Shown here: piece after piece, positions 20,732 through 31,929 of the stretch
Layout of the letters: every line of letters starts with the position of its first letter
How positions within the stretch are numbered: position 1 is the first letter of the stretch
Assembly: GCA_050291725.1 (NCBI GenBank)
Contig: JBNKKH010000035.1
Span: 7,894-71,893 of the forward strand
Reading direction: 5' to 3'
DNA from: Sedimenticolaceae bacterium
Lineage (GTDB): Bacteria; Pseudomonadota; Gammaproteobacteria; Chromatiales; Chromatiaceae
Length of the DNA: 64,000 nucleotides
Position numbers and translations under genes: made by a program
The notes under the pieces: model-generated
Seen by the model: the letters and a program-made list of their open reading frames with translations, nothing else
What the model was told of the DNA's origin: nothing
The model's database searches: none

Positions 20732-21924
20732 GCCTCAGAGACAGCTATATTCTGAATTAATTCCCTGGCGATAGATCTCGCTTGTTGATCTATTTCCAGT
20801 ACCTGTTTCAAGCTAAAGTTGTCAATTTTCTCCATATTATCCATAACAGACTCAATTAACTGTGCAATTGCAACAAATGGGATTTTGGAGTCTAAAAAGG
20901 CCTCTACCGCCACCTCATTCGCTGCATTCAATGCTGCTGGAGAGCTACCACCTTCCTTAGCCGCCCTGTAGGCCAAGGCCAAACATGGAAATCGATTCAG
21001 ATCTGGCGGCTCAAAATCTAGTCGTGCCACCTTAAAAAGATCTAGCCCCTCTACTCCAGATTCGATTCGATTCGGCCAGGCCAGGGCGTGAGCAATCGGG
21101 GTGCGCATATCTGGATTACCTAACTGGGCCAAGGTAGATCCATCCTTATACTCAACCATAGAGTGAATAACGCTCTGTGGATGTAACACCACCTCTACCT
21201 CTTCAGGTGTGGCGTTGAATAACAGACACGCTTCAATCAACTCAAGCCCTTTGTTCATCATGGTAGCTGAGTCAACAGATATCTTACGCCCCATCTCCCA
21301 GTTTGGATGAGCGCATGCCTGTTCCGCAGTAACAGATGCCAGCTCATCCATTGGAGTTTTCAGGAATGGACCGCCAGATGCGGTGAGGAGAATTCTCTTT
21401 ACCCCAACCTCATGTAAACCACGTCCATAGTCCGCAGGCAGGCACTGGAATACTGCATTGTGTTCACTATCTATGGGTAGAATGGTTGCGCCATTCTGTT
21501 TAGCCTGATCCAGCAACAACCTACCAGACATCACCAGCGCCTCTTTATTAGCGAGCAGGATGCATTTACCAGATTTGGCAGCAGCAATGGTGGGTAGCAG
21601 TCCGGCCGCCCCTACGATTGCGGCCATTACGTAGTGGGCACTCGGAAGTTGCGCCACCATCTCCAAAGCATCTGGACCTGAGAGTAGCTCGGTATCGGGA
21701 CACTCTTGTTTAAATTGTTGCTGAACAGCGTCTGTTGTACTTTGTTCAGATAAAACGGCAAATTTAGGTTGAAACTCAAGGCACTGTTGTAACAGTTCTT
21801 GGGCATTTGTGTTGGCGGTAAGAGCCACAACCTGGAATCTGTCAGAGTGCATACGCAACACATCCAATGTGCTGTTACCGATAGAACCGGTCGAACCGAG
21901 TATGGTTACACCTATCACGTTCAC
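20728..21924 (-). CDS. dxr: 1-deoxy-D-xylulose 5-phosphate reductoisomerase
   Basis: [33 protein letters not shown] and HPNWEMG motifs. Confidence 0.95.
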   Translation of the reverse strand: MNVIGVTILGSTGSIGNSTLDVLRMHSDRFQVVALTANTNAQELLQQCLEFQPKFAVLSEQSTTDAVQQQFKQECPDTELLSGPDALEMVAQLPSAHYVMAAIVGAAGLLPTIAAAKSGKCILLANKEALVMSGRLLLDQAKQNGATILPIDSEHNAVFQCLPADYGRGLHEVGVKRILLTASGGPFLKTPMDELASVTAEQACAHPNWEMGRKISVDSATMMNKGLELIEACLLFNATPEEVEVVLHPQSVIHSMVEYKDGSTLAQLGNPDMRTPIAHALAWPNRIESGVEGLDLFKVARLDFEPPDLNRFPCLALAYRAAKEGGSSPAALNAANEVAVEAFLDSKIPFVAIAQLIESVMDNMEKIDNFSLKQVLEIDQQARSIARELIQNIAVSEA

Positions 21925-22757
21925 AACCCCGTAGTTAGCTGTAGACCAAGTGCAAATACCGGAGCAGCTGCGATTAGGCTATCAATGCGATCTAACACCC
22001 CACCGTGTCCAGGCAACAGATTGCCGCTATCTTTCATATCCATGCGACGTTTGAGAACGCTTTCAAATAGATCGCCGACTATAGACATGGCCACAGTTAT
22101 GATACAGACAGGAAGCAGCCATAAGAAGGCATCCGTTTCACTCTGCTGATACCACGCCAAGAGAGCACCACAAACCAGCGCTCCAAATAGTGCACCGTAA
22201 ACCCCTTCCCAGGTCTTTTTGGGACTTATTACAGGCGCCAGCTTCCTCTTGCCCCAGCGCATACCGGAAAAGTAGGCGGCGCTATCGGCTATCCAGATCA
22301 ACACCAATAGAAACAGGACGATGAATGGGCCATCATCTCCACCCCCGTGCACTAGCAGAAGCGCAACCCACAGAGGTATAAGAACCAGATAACAGATCAG
22401 TGCAGTCAGCACCCCAACTCCAGAAGCTGCTTTATTTATCTGTTTATAGCTAAACAGGACAAGGGTAATAATCAACCACCAGATTGCAGCAAATACCAGC
22501 ACCCAATCGGTAAACCACGCATAGGAAATCAACCCATAGCTCCAGTACAGAGCTGCTGCCAGCGCAGTTAAGAATACAATTTTTCCAGTATAATTTTTGA
22601 TCCCAGCAAGTGCTGCCCACTCCAAACCAGCCAATAATGCAATTGCTGCTATACCTATAGCCAACTGTTCAGTTTTAAGAAACAGGATAGCTAGAACCAC
22701 AATGGGGATAAGGATGCCAGCAGTAATTACACGCTTGGCTAATGTGCTCAATTCCAT
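21921..22757 (-). CDS. cdsA: Phosphatidate cytidylyltransferase
   Basis: Polytopic membrane protein with the C-terminal [25 protein letters not shown] signature. Confidence 0.9.
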   Translation of the reverse strand: MELSTLAKRVITAGILIPIVVLAILFLKTEQLAIGIAAIALLAGLEWAALAGIKNYTGKIVFLTALAAALYWSYGLISYAWFTDWVLVFAAIWWLIITLVLFSYKQINKAASGVGVLTALICYLVLIPLWVALLLVHGGGDDGPFIVLFLLVLIWIADSAAYFSGMRWGKRKLAPVISPKKTWEGVYGALFGALVCGALLAWYQQSETDAFLWLLPVCIITVAMSIVGDLFESVLKRRMDMKDSGNLLPGHGGVLDRIDSLIAAAPVFALGLQLTTGL

Positions 22758-22760
22758 GGA

Positions 22761-23540
22761 TCAGCTACCCGCAGAGTTTTGGTTTGAGTTTAGCTGTTCA
22801 GCAACCATGCCATAACGCCTTTGCCTGCTGGCATAAGACGCCAATGCAGCATCGAACTCCTCTTTACGAAAATCGGGCCACAGGACATCTGTAAAATACA
22901 CCTCGGTGTAAGCCGACTGCCACAGCATAAAGTTGCTTAAGCGCTGTTCGCCACCGGTGCGAATAAACAGATCTGGATCAACCAGAGTAGAGAATGAGAG
23001 TTCATTGGAGATATGCTTCTCTTCTATAGCGTCTGGCTTAATATCACCGCTCTCAACTTGCTTGGCTAACTTGCGCACTGCCTGAGTTATATCCCAGCGC
23101 CCTCCATAATTCGCTGCGATTTGGAGGATTAGTCCGCTGTTATCTGCGGTGTCTTGCTCCGCCTGGGTCATGGCGTCCTGAAGTTCTTGGGAGAATCTTG
23201 ATCTATCCCCGATTAAACGGAGTCGAACATTATTTTTGCGCAAGCGTTTTATCTCTTTCTTGAGGACTAGCATGAACAGATCCATTAGCATGCCAACCTC
23301 TTCTCTGGGGCGCTTCCAGTTTTCACTGCTAAATGCAAAAAGGGTTAATATTTCAACACCGGAACGGGCTGCACAATCAACAATCTTGCGGACCGATTTA
23401 ACCCCTTCCCGGTGACCAGCATGGCGTTTTTTTTCATGCTGCTGAGCCCAGCGCCCATTGCCATCCATTACAATCGCTACATGTCGCGGTATGTTATCCA
23501 CCGCTTGCGTACCCTCTTTGTTTGATCCTACCTGTGTCAC
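22761..23540 (-). CDS. uppS: Undecaprenyl diphosphate synthase
   Basis: PRHVAIVMDGNGRWA, FAFSSENWKRP and RTGGEQRLSNFMLWQ. Confidence 0.95.
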   Translation of the reverse strand: MTQVGSNKEGTQAVDNIPRHVAIVMDGNGRWAQQHEKKRHAGHREGVKSVRKIVDCAARSGVEILTLFAFSSENWKRPREEVGMLMDLFMLVLKKEIKRLRKNNVRLRLIGDRSRFSQELQDAMTQAEQDTADNSGLILQIAANYGGRWDITQAVRKLAKQVESGDIKPDAIEEKHISNELSFSTLVDPDLFIRTGGEQRLSNFMLWQSAYTEVYFTDVLWPDFRKEEFDAALASYASRQRRYGMVAEQLNSNQNSAGS

Positions 23541-23553
23541 AGTGGTTCTGCGG

Positions 23554-24111
23554 TCAAACTTCCATCAGGTCAGCTTCTTTCTTCTCCAGCAACTCATCAA
23601 TCTCTTTAATATGCTGGTCTGTAAGCTTTTGCACCTGCTCTTCAGCTCGTCTCTCATCATCCTCGGAAGCGAGTTTTTCTTTTACTAGGTCTTTTAGATG
23701 GTGGTTGGCATCGCGTCGTATGTTGCGTATGGCAACACGAGCATTCTCAGCCTCTTGACGCACGATCCGGATCATATCCTTGCGTCGCTCTTCAGTAAGA
23801 GGAGGCATAGGTACGCGTATAACATTACCGGCAGTGTTAGGATTGAGTCCCAGATCAGAGTTCATGATCGCCTTCTCCACCGGAGCTACCATATTCTGCT
23901 CCCAAGGCGTTATGGTAAGGGTGCGAGCATCCTCTACATTAATATTGGCTACCTGACTTAAAGGCACGTCTGATCCGTAGTAGGAAACCGTAAGATGATC
24001 CAGCAAACTGGGGTGTGCCCTACCGGTACGCAATTTAGCCAAATCAAGAACTAGAGATTCAACACTCTTGCCCATACGTGTGTTTGTATCTTTCTGGATA
24101 TCGTCGATCAT
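23554..24111 (-). CDS. frr: Ribosome recycling factor
   Basis: [20 protein letters not shown]... aligns with the E. coli Frr N-terminus. The ATG at 24111 lies just after the pyrH stop. The ORF-track start at 24141 would overlap pyrH. Confidence 0.95.
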   Translation of the reverse strand: MIDDIQKDTNTRMGKSVESLVLDLAKLRTGRAHPSLLDHLTVSYYGSDVPLSQVANINVEDARTLTITPWEQNMVAPVEKAIMNSDLGLNPNTAGNVIRVPMPPLTEERRKDMIRIVRQEAENARVAIRNIRRDANHHLKDLVKEKLASEDDERRAEEQVQKLTDQHIKEIDELLEKKEADLMEV

Positions 24112-24112
24112 T

Positions 24113-24835
24113 TCACTCTCCATTATCGACCAGGGAACCAACCTCTTCCCCTTGCATTAGACGCATAACCGCGCCCTTGTTATTAATATTCATCACCCGC
24201 AGCGGCATATCATGATCTGCGCACAGCATAATCGCAGTGGAGTCCATAACTTTCAGACCCTCTTTGATTGCCCGATCATAACTAAGGCGGGGGTAAAATT
24301 CAGCAGCAGGATTTGATACAGGGTCAGATGAGTAGACCCCATCAACTTTAGTGGCTTTAATCAGGAGTTGGGCGCCAATTTCTATGGCACGCAGGCTGGC
24401 TGCGGTATCTGTGGTAAAGAAGGGACTTCCAGTGCCAGCGCTAAGAATAACCACCTGGCCTTGTTCTAGATAATCTACAGCTTGATCTCTTAGAAATGGA
24501 TCGCATACCTGCTCTATGGCTAGAGCTGACATAACCCTAACTTTCTGACCAATCTTTTGTAGAGCATCTTTCATTGCCAGCCCATTCATAACAGTGGCCA
24601 GCATACCCATATGGTCTCCGGTTACCCGGTCCAAACCGCCCTGGGCCAGACCTGCACCGCGGAAGATATTACCTCCACCGATTACCAGTCCAACCTGAAC
24701 TCCCGCCTGGACAAGCTCTTTAATTTCACCAGCAACACGGGAAATAACATTTGGGTCTATCCCAAAGCTGCCCTCTCCCATAAGTGCTTCACCACTTAGC
24801 TTTAGCAGGATACGTTGACAGATCAATTCAGACAT
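24113..24835 (-). CDS. pyrH: UMP kinase
   Basis: [11 protein letters not shown]...[12 protein letters not shown]; tsf-pyrH-frr order. Confidence 0.95.
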   Translation of the reverse strand: MSELICQRILLKLSGEALMGEGSFGIDPNVISRVAGEIKELVQAGVQVGLVIGGGNIFRGAGLAQGGLDRVTGDHMGMLATVMNGLAMKDALQKIGQKVRVMSALAIEQVCDPFLRDQAVDYLEQGQVVILSAGTGSPFFTTDTAASLRAIEIGAQLLIKATKVDGVYSSDPVSNPAAEFYPRLSYDRAIKEGLKVMDSTAIMLCADHDMPLRVMNINNKGAVMRLMQGEEVGSLVDNGE

Positions 24836-24989
24836 AACACCACCAGGTCAATTAGCTTTATTAGAATTACAACCCAAAAACCAATCGGGAGGTTATCACA
24901 ATACCGGCCTTCCTGCTGGAAGACCGGTAAAACAGTTCTTGGCTCACATAACCCACCAGGAAAATACGAACCTGGTGAAAAATACGAAC

Positions 24990-25874
24990 TTAGCCCTTAA
25001 CCTGAGCCATAACCTCTTCAGCGAAGTTTTCCTGCTTCTTCTCGATACCCTCACCTACCTCAAAACGTTTAAAGTCAGTAACGGTAGCACCGGCATCAGC
25101 AAGTAGCTTCTCTATAGTGATATCAGGGTCTTTGACAAAATTCTGGCCCATGAGGGTGATCTCAGATAGGTACTTACGTACCCGGCCATCAACGATCTTG
25201 TCCACGATATTCTCAGGCTTGCCGCTATCTAGGGCCTGAGCCTTAAATATCTCGCGCTCTTTATCCAGCATATCTGCAGGAACATCGGCTGCACTTACAC
25301 AGACGGGGTTAGAAGCAGCAATGTGCATAGCCAGATCTTTGCCCAGAGTCTCGTCACCGCCTTCCAGCGCTACCACAACACCGATCCTGACGCCATGCTG
25401 ATAGCTAACCAATATACCGGTATCGGTCTGAAAACGCTGGAAACGACGTACATTCATGTTCTCGCCTATTTTGGCGACCAGGGCTTCACGTGCAGTGTTT
25501 ACTGTCGTCTCTTCCCCAGCGTGTAGCGGCGCATCCATCAGAGCCTCAACGTCAGCCACATCAGAGTTAAGTACACTGTTGGCGACCGCATCCACAAATG
25601 ATGTAAAGTTCTCATCCTTGGCTACAAAGTCGGTTTCACAGTTAACTTCAACCATAACGGCATTTTTTGCATCGTCTGAATATTTGATGGCTACAATACC
25701 ATCAGCTGCTGTACGTCCAGCCTTCTTAGCCGCAGTGGCCTGACCGGATTTACGCATCATCTCAATGGCGGCTTCGATATTACCGTCAGTTTCAACAAGT
25801 GCTTTTTTACACTCCATCATCCCGGAACCTGTACGCTCACGCAGTTCCTTTACCAAAGAGGCTGTAATGGCCAT
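24990..25874 (-). CDS. tsf: Translation elongation factor Ts
   Basis: [44 protein letters not shown] (UBA-like N-terminus); lies downstream of rpsB. Confidence 0.95.
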   Translation of the reverse strand: MAITASLVKELRERTGSGMMECKKALVETDGNIEAAIEMMRKSGQATAAKKAGRTAADGIVAIKYSDDAKNAVMVEVNCETDFVAKDENFTSFVDAVANSVLNSDVADVEALMDAPLHAGEETTVNTAREALVAKIGENMNVRRFQRFQTDTGILVSYQHGVRIGVVVALEGGDETLGKDLAMHIAASNPVCVSAADVPADMLDKEREIFKAQALDSGKPENIVDKIVDGRVRKYLSEITLMGQNFVKDPDITIEKLLADAGATVTDFKRFEVGEGIEKKQENFAEEVMAQVKG

Positions 25875-26012
25875 GGTATAAAATCCTCTTAATTTATGAA
25901 TATGCTATATATGGACAAGCCCCTGCAGCATTCGCCATGCGGAACAGGGGCAGGTCCAGGTTAATCCAATATTTTGTGGATGTTAGACATACGGCTAACA
26001 TCCAAACTGCTC

Positions 26013-26867
26013 TTATTCTGCCTCATCCTTTTTAGCAGCGGGCTCTGCTTTTGCCTCAGGCTCAACTTTCTCTTCTGCTTCAACCTTAGCTTCTGGTTTA
26101 GCTTTGGCTTTGGCCTTAGGCTTGGCTTTAGCCTTTTTTGGCTTTTCTGCACCTTCATCACTCAGTCCAACGCTGGCAGCAGCACTGGCACGTCCTTCTA
26201 GAACAGCAGCAGCAACGCCTTGCACATAGAGCTGAATGGCTCTCATGGCATCGTCATTTCCTGGAATTATGTAGTCGACAGCTTCTGGATCATTGTTGGT
26301 GTCCACCACGCCTACAACAGGAATACCGAGTTTCTTAGCTTCATTTACCGCGATCTTTTCATGACCGGTATCGATTACGAATACCGCATCAGGAAGACCT
26401 CTCATATCTTTAATTCCACCCAGGCTGCGTTCCAGCTTGGCCAGCTCGCGCTCAAGGCCAAGAGCCTCTTTCTTGTTAAAACGCTTTTCAACGCTACCAT
26501 CAGCAAACATATCTTCCAGCTCTTTCAGGCGCTTGATAGATTGCTTAATGGTTTTAAAGTTGGTCAACATGCCACCGAGCCAGCGGTGGTTTACAAAAGG
26601 CATACCACAACGCTCAGCCTCTTCGCGTACTGTTTCTTGAGCGGCACGTTTGGTTCCTACAAACAAAATCTTGCCGCCATTAGCACTCAGGGTGCCAAGG
26701 AAATTCATTGCGTCGTTGAACATTGGTAGCGTCTGTTCAAGATTGATAATGTGAATCTTGTTACGCTGACCGAAGATGTAAGAACCCATTTTGGGGTTCC
26801 AATAGCGGGTCTGATGCCCAAAATGTACGCCAGCCTCAAGCATCTGGCGCATAGATACTGCACTCAT
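26013..26867 (-). CDS. rpsB: 30S ribosomal protein S2 with a ~45-aa Lys/Ala/Glu/Pro-rich C-terminal extension
   Basis: [22 protein letters not shown]... canonical S2. The tail is [43 protein letters not shown]. Confidence 0.95.
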   Translation of the reverse strand: MSAVSMRQMLEAGVHFGHQTRYWNPKMGSYIFGQRNKIHIINLEQTLPMFNDAMNFLGTLSANGGKILFVGTKRAAQETVREEAERCGMPFVNHRWLGGMLTNFKTIKQSIKRLKELEDMFADGSVEKRFNKKEALGLERELAKLERSLGGIKDMRGLPDAVFVIDTGHEKIAVNEAKKLGIPVVGVVDTNNDPEAVDYIIPGNDDAMRAIQLYVQGVAAAVLEGRASAAASVGLSDEGAEKPKKAKAKPKAKAKAKPEAKVEAEEKVEPEAKAEPAAKKDEAE

Positions 26868-27052
26868 AGTGTTACTCCGAATTGTATAGGGTTAGTCCTC
26901 CATGTACCCCGGTCGTCGACTGAACAGCCCCTAATTAGGTCCGATTGAAACCCCTATCAGACCAGCTTTTTGGCTAAAACAGCACCCCGGCAACCGTGTC
27001 GGTACATGTGTGTAATAATATCTGGGACAGCAATTGCCATTCCAGGGCGCGT

Positions 27053-27063
27053 TTTATACCATA
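27053..27063 (-). promoter_or_regulatory. Candidate extended -10 promoter of rpsB (TGgTATAAA), giving a ~175-nt leader
   Basis: The minus strand reads TATGGTATAAA about 185 nt upstream of the rpsB ATG. From memory, E. coli rpsB uses an extended -10 promoter with a long conserved leader. Confidence 0.4.
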
Positions 27064-27141
27064 CGCTGCTTGTTATAACAATCACCTAACGCCGTCCAAG
27101 ATGTTGGTTTTTCCGATTATTTCCGGCCAAGAGAACTAAAT

Positions 27142-27909
27142 ATGAGCATCACAATAAAAACAGCTGAAGAGATAGATAGTATGCGAATTGCCTGCCGCCT
27201 AGCCGCTGAAGTTCTGGAAATGATAGAACCACATGTGAAACAAGGCGTTACTACTGGAGAGCTGGACCGCATCTGTCACGACTATATCGTTAACCAGCAA
27301 GATGCCATTCCAGCTCCCCTGCACTACCGCGGGTTTCCGAAATCTATCTGTACCTCAGTGAATCACCAGGTCTGTCACGGCATACCTGGCGATAAAACCC
27401 TGAAAAATGGAGATATAGTCAACATAGACGTAACTGTAATCAAGAATGGCTTCCATGGCGACACCAGCAAAATGTTCATGATTGGGGAGCCATCCATCCT
27501 TGCCCAAAGGTTGTGCAAAGTAACGAGAGATGCAATGTTCATTGGCATAGATCAAGTAAAACCTGGAGCACGTCTGAATGATATTGGTTCTGCTATCCAG
27601 AAATTTGTGGAACCACACAACTATTCAATAGTAAGAGAGTATTGTGGTCATGGCATCGGCAGAGAGTTTCACGAAGATCCTCAGGTTCTACACTATAAAA
27701 CACAGGAAAAAGGACCAGAGCTACAACCTGGAATGTGTTTTACCATCGAACCCATGATCAATACAGGTAAACGCATGATTAAACTGTTACCGGATGGATG
27801 GACCGTTGTCACCAAAGATCGCAGCCTCTCTGCCCAGTGGGAACACACCGTACTGGTGACCGAAAAAGGTTATGAAATCCTTACCCTACGCCAGGAAGAG
27901 CGAGAATAG
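27142..27909 (+). CDS. map: Methionine aminopeptidase type I
   Basis: 255 aa; ICHGIPGD, DVTVIKNGFHGD, GHGIGREFHE and EHTVLVT metal-ligand motifs; divergent from rpsB as in E. coli. Confidence 0.95.
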   Translation: MSITIKTAEEIDSMRIACRLAAEVLEMIEPHVKQGVTTGELDRICHDYIVNQQDAIPAPLHYRGFPKSICTSVNHQVCHGIPGDKTLKNGDIVNIDVTVIKNGFHGDTSKMFMIGEPSILAQRLCKVTRDAMFIGIDQVKPGARLNDIGSAIQKFVEPHNYSIVREYCGHGIGREFHEDPQVLHYKTQEKGPELQPGMCFTIEPMINTGKRMIKLLPDGWTVVTKDRSLSAQWEHTVLVTEKGYEILTLRQEERE

Positions 27910-27910
27910 A

Positions 27911-30577
27911 ATGAAACGCGTCTTTAACGGAATAGAGTTCGACCAAGCCCTCTCTCAGACCGATAACCAACTAGCTCTGTACCGCAAGACTCTGGCAGAT
28001 AGCACAGCAACCCTGACAGAAGGTTTTAAAGAAGGGGTAGCTGTATCCACCCTGGTCTCACTGCGAGCTAAATTGATCGATTCACTGCTAAAACGGGCCT
28101 GGCAGAAAAATATGCCTGAGGATACCAAAGCAGCCCTGGTGGCTGTTGGTGGATACGGACGGGGCGAACTGCATCCAAACTCTGATATTGATCTAATGAT
28201 CCTAGTGGAACCCAGAGAGCTGAAACGCCTCAAGGGCAACTTGGAACAACTCCTAACCTTCTTGTGGGATATAGGGCTAGAGGTTGGACACAGCGTACGC
28301 TCAGTGAAGGAGTGTGCAAAAGAGGCGAAACAGGATTTAACCGTCATAACAAACGTCATGGAATCACGCCTGCTTGCTGGCGATCATGAGATGTTGCTCA
28401 AAATGCGCGCTGCCATCGCTCCCAACAAAATCTGGCCCAGCGACAAGTTCTTCACGGCCAAATGGCAGGAACAGAAACAGCGTTATGCAAAATATGACGA
28501 TTCAGCCACTAATCTGGAACCAAACTTAAAAGAGGGTCCTGGTGGTCTAAGAGATATCCAGACCGTTGGTTGGGTAGCAAAACGCTATTTTGGCTGTGAA
28601 ACCATGCACGGCCTAGTTGGTCACAACTTCCTGAAGGAGGCAGAGTATGAATCCTTGATGGAGGGGCGTGCCCTGCTCTGGAAAATCCGTTTTGCCCTGC
28701 ACATTCTAACCGGTCGCCGAGAAGATCGTTTGCTGTTCGACTATCAGCGCGCCCTTGCTGAAGAGTTTGGTTTTGTGGATCAGGAACACAGTTTGGCGGT
28801 TGAGCAGTTCATGCAGCGTTATTACCGAACTGTAATCCGCATAGAACGTCTCAATGAACGCCTGCTACAGCTATTCGAAGAGGCCATACTGCTCGAGAAC
28901 CAACCAGCAGAAATCCTCAATATCAACAAGCGATTCCAGGCCAGAAACGGCTTTATCGAAGTAACTGACGACGGCATATTCAAGCGCTACCCCTTTGCCT
29001 TGTTAGAGATTTTTCTACTACTGCAACTCTATCCAGAGCTAAAGGGCGTCCGCGCCAGCACCGTAAGGCTTATTCGCTCCCACCGTCATCTTATCGATGA
29101 TGATTTCCGTGACGATCTGCGGGCCAAAAGCCTGTTTATGGAGATTATACGCCAATCCAACGGGGTAACCTCAGAGCTGAGGCGTATGAACCGCTACGGC
29201 ATTCTCTCAGCCTACCTGCCTAAATTTGGCAACATCATAGGCCGCATGCAGTATGATCTATTCCATGTCTATACTGTGGATGAACACACCCTATTTGTAG
29301 TACGCAATCTGCGCCGTTTTGCCGTTCCTTGGAGAGCAGAAGAGTTTCCCCGCTGTAGTGAAATCATCAATCGTCTGCCAAAACAGGAACTAATCTTTCT
29401 AGCCGGCCTGTTTCATGACATAGCCAAGGGGCGTGATGGCGACCACTCTGAACTGGGGGCGCATGATGCTTGGGAGTTCTGCAAGAAACATGGGCTGAGT
29501 GACTACGACAGTAAACTGGTGGCATGGCTGGTGAAAAACCATCTGCTGATGTCTATCACTGTTCAGAGAGAGGACATCCATGATCCAGAGGTGATCCTCA
29601 ACTTTGCAAAAAAAGTAGGCACCCTGGCCCGACTTGACCACCTCTACCTACTCACGGTGGCAGATATTCGGGCAACCGACCCGAAAAAGTGGAACTCCTG
29701 GAAAGACTCCCTCCTTAAAGATCTCCACACTCTAACCACAAGAGCTATGCTGCGCGGCCTGGAACAACCACTCGACTCTGATGAAGTAATCCGGGAAAAA
29801 CAAAGAGATGCCAGTGAAGAACTGGAAAGAAAGAGTGTCCCACTAGGCGAGATTGACGACCTGTGGAGTACCCTAAGCGCAGACTATTTTCTCTACTCCT
29901 CAGTTGAGGAGATAATCTCCCATACAGAATTTATCCTTTCTCTACCTGAAGATACTGGACCTGAAATCAAGCTGAGAAGCAAAACTGGGCGTGGTGGCTC
30001 AGAGGTGTTCATCTACTCCCATGATCGTTTAGGACTATTTGCGGTTACCACAGCCCTGCTGGATCAACTACGCCTTGACGTGGTAGACGCCAGAATTGAA
30101 ACCACTTCGGATGGACGCTCCCTCGACAGCTACCGCGTGTTGGAGTACGACGGCAACGCCATTGACGACGAAGAGAGGGCGCAGAAAATAATCAAGGCGC
30201 TGAAAAACGGACTTAATAACCCGGATAGAATCAATTTCAATGTTTCCAGACGTATTCCCCGCCAGGTAAAACATTTTAAAATACCAACCAATATAGAAGT
30301 CAGTCAGGACGACGCCCATCAACGCACAATCCTTAAACTTGTTTCATCAGACCGGCCAGGACTTTTGGCTCATGTTGGTCATGCCTTCTCTCTGTGCCAC
30401 GTAAACCTAAAGGCGGCTAAAATTGCCACCATTGGTGCTGAAGCTGAAGATACCTTCTTTATTACCGGGGAAGATAAGAAACAGATAACAGACCCACAAA
30501 AGCTGCAATGCCTACAAGAGAGCATACTGCAGCAGCTTGATGCTGATGAACAGGGGCCAAAAGAACTAACATTCTAA
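27911..30577 (+). CDS. glnD: Bifunctional [protein-PII] uridylyltransferase/uridylyl-removing enzyme
   Basis: NTase motif GGYGRGELHPNSDIDLMIL, an HD domain (LFHDIAKG) and two C-terminal ACT domains. The ATG at 27911 follows the map stop. The ORF-track start at 27872 overlaps map. Confidence 0.93.
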   Translation: MKRVFNGIEFDQALSQTDNQLALYRKTLADSTATLTEGFKEGVAVSTLVSLRAKLIDSLLKRAWQKNMPEDTKAALVAVGGYGRGELHPNSDIDLMILVEPRELKRLKGNLEQLLTFLWDIGLEVGHSVRSVKECAKEAKQDLTVITNVMESRLLAGDHEMLLKMRAAIAPNKIWPSDKFFTAKWQEQKQRYAKYDDSATNLEPNLKEGPGGLRDIQTVGWVAKRYFGCETMHGLVGHNFLKEAEYESLMEGRALLWKIRFALHILTGRREDRLLFDYQRALAEEFGFVDQEHSLAVEQFMQRYYRTVIRIERLNERLLQLFEEAILLENQPAEILNINKRFQARNGFIEVTDDGIFKRYPFALLEIFLLLQLYPELKGVRASTVRLIRSHRHLIDDDFRDDLRAKSLFMEIIRQSNGVTSELRRMNRYGILSAYLPKFGNIIGRMQYDLFHVYTVDEHTLFVVRNLRRFAVPWRAEEFPRCSEIINRLPKQELIFLAGLFHDIAKGRDGDHSELGAHDAWEFCKKHGLSDYDSKLVAWLVKNHLLMSITVQREDIHDPEVILNFAKKVGTLARLDHLYLLTVADIRATDPKKWNSWKDSLLKDLHTLTTRAMLRGLEQPLDSDEVIREKQRDASEELERKSVPLGEIDDLWSTLSADYFLYSSVEEIISHTEFILSLPEDTGPEIKLRSKTGRGGSEVFIYSHDRLGLFAVTTALLDQLRLDVVDARIETTSDGRSLDSYRVLEYDGNAIDDEERAQKIIKALKNGLNNPDRINFNVSRRIPRQVKHFKIPTNIEVSQDDAHQRTILKLVSSDRPGLLAHVGHAFSLCHVNLKAAKIATIGAEAEDTFFITGEDKKQITDPQKLQCLQESILQQLDADEQGPKELTF

Positions 30578-30692
30578 TCTAAGCATGTTAGACACTGTCC
30601 AGACCGCTATCTATGGAATATACTACGCGGCTTTATTGAGTACGCGCCAAGTTAAAAACATTACAGTTTAAGAAGATCGACCGAGGTATCGC

Positions 30693-31913
30693 ATGATCAA
30701 AATTAACGAAAACTTCAATAAGCTCCAGGCATCCTACCTGTTCTCGGACATAGCCAAAAGGGTAGCGTCCCATCAGAATGCCCATCCAGAACAGGATGTA
30801 ATCAAGCTCGGCATCGGTGATGTCACTCGCGCCCTGCCTGACGCCTGCATCAAGGCCATGCATGCCGCTGTGGACGAGATGGCGAACGATGCAAGTTTTC
30901 GTGGATATGGTCCAGAACAGGGCTACGACTTTCTGCGTGAAGCCATCGCCAAAGGTGACTTCCAGTCACGTGGCTGCAGTGTGGATGCAGACGAGGTTTT
31001 TGTCAGCGATGGAGCCAAGTGCGACAGCGGCAACTTCCAGGAGATCTTCTCCAACGACATCACCGTAGCTATACCCGATCCGGTCTATCCAGTTTATGTC
31101 GACACCAATGTAATGGCGGGACGCACTGGTGAAGCTGAGGGCGGACGCTATAACGGCTTGGTCTATCTGGAGGCAACCAAAGAGAATGGCTTTATTCCAG
31201 AGATACCAAACGCACAGGTTGATCTGATCTATCTCTGCTTCCCCAACAACCCGACCGGAGCCACCATCACCCACGACGAGCTTAAAAAGTGGGTAGATTT
31301 CGCCCGCGAGTCCAAGGCGTTGATTCTGTACGATGCAGCCTACGAGGCATTTGTTCAGGACGAAGGCATCCCCCGCTCTATCTATGAGATAGAAGGCGCG
31401 CGTGAAGTAGCTGTTGAATTCAGAAGCTTCTCTAAGACCGCAGGCTTCACCGGTACTCGTTGTGCTTATACTGTAGTACCGAAAGAGTGCATGGCCTATA
31501 CCGCATCGGGTGAAGCAGTATCCGTTCACTCCCTATGGAATCGCCGCCACACCACCAAATTTAACAGCGTATCATATCCAATACAGCGTGCTGCTGAAGC
31601 GGTATACAGTGATGAAGGTCAGGCCCAGGTTAAAGAGCTGATCTCTTACTATCTGAATAATGCCGCCTATATTCGCGAGAAAATGACCGCTCTGGGCTAT
31701 GACTGCATCGGCGGTGATAACTCTCCTTACATCTGGATTGATGGAAAAATGGACTCCTGGGAGTTCTTTGACCTGCTACTGAACAAAGCTGGAGTGGTCT
31801 GTACCCCCGGAGCAGGTTTTGGTAAATGCGGCGAAGGTTATATCCGGATAAGCGCCTTTAACAGCTTTGAGAATGTTAAAAAGGCGATGGACCGGATCAG
31901 CAACAGTATATAA
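30693..31913 (+). CDS. dapL: LL-diaminopimelate aminotransferase (DapL type)
   Basis: [20 protein letters not shown]..., [46 protein letters not shown] and [13 protein letters not shown]. The pattern matches the Chlamydia/plant DapL sequences I remember, rather than DapC. Confidence 0.82.
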   Translation: MIKINENFNKLQASYLFSDIAKRVASHQNAHPEQDVIKLGIGDVTRALPDACIKAMHAAVDEMANDASFRGYGPEQGYDFLREAIAKGDFQSRGCSVDADEVFVSDGAKCDSGNFQEIFSNDITVAIPDPVYPVYVDTNVMAGRTGEAEGGRYNGLVYLEATKENGFIPEIPNAQVDLIYLCFPNNPTGATITHDELKKWVDFARESKALILYDAAYEAFVQDEGIPRSIYEIEGAREVAVEFRSFSKTAGFTGTRCAYTVVPKECMAYTASGEAVSVHSLWNRRHTTKFNSVSYPIQRAAEAVYSDEGQAQVKELISYYLNNAAYIREKMTALGYDCIGGDNSPYIWIDGKMDSWEFFDLLLNKAGVVCTPGAGFGKCGEGYIRISAFNSFENVKKAMDRISNSI

Positions 31914-31929
31914 TTCAAGGTAACTAGTT

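Noticed and set aside
24815-25000. 61-aa plus-strand ORF in the tsf-pyrH intergenic region.
   Set aside because: It is short, overlaps both gene ends, and has no SD or motif. The spacer is ordinary operon-internal sequence.
26020-26150. DNA-level imperfect tandem repeats (GCTTTGGC/GCTTTAGC...), considered as a non-coding VNTR.
   Set aside because: They lie in frame within the rpsB ORF and encode the Lys/Ala-rich tail. They are reported as a protein feature instead.
26220-26729. 169-aa plus-strand ORF overlapping rpsB, with smaller ones at 26138 and 26437.
   Set aside because: It is antisense to the canonical S2 gene and its product is not recognisable.
30966-31529. 187-aa minus-strand ORF inside dapL.
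   Set aside because: It is antisense to a well-supported aminotransferase CDS and has no motif.
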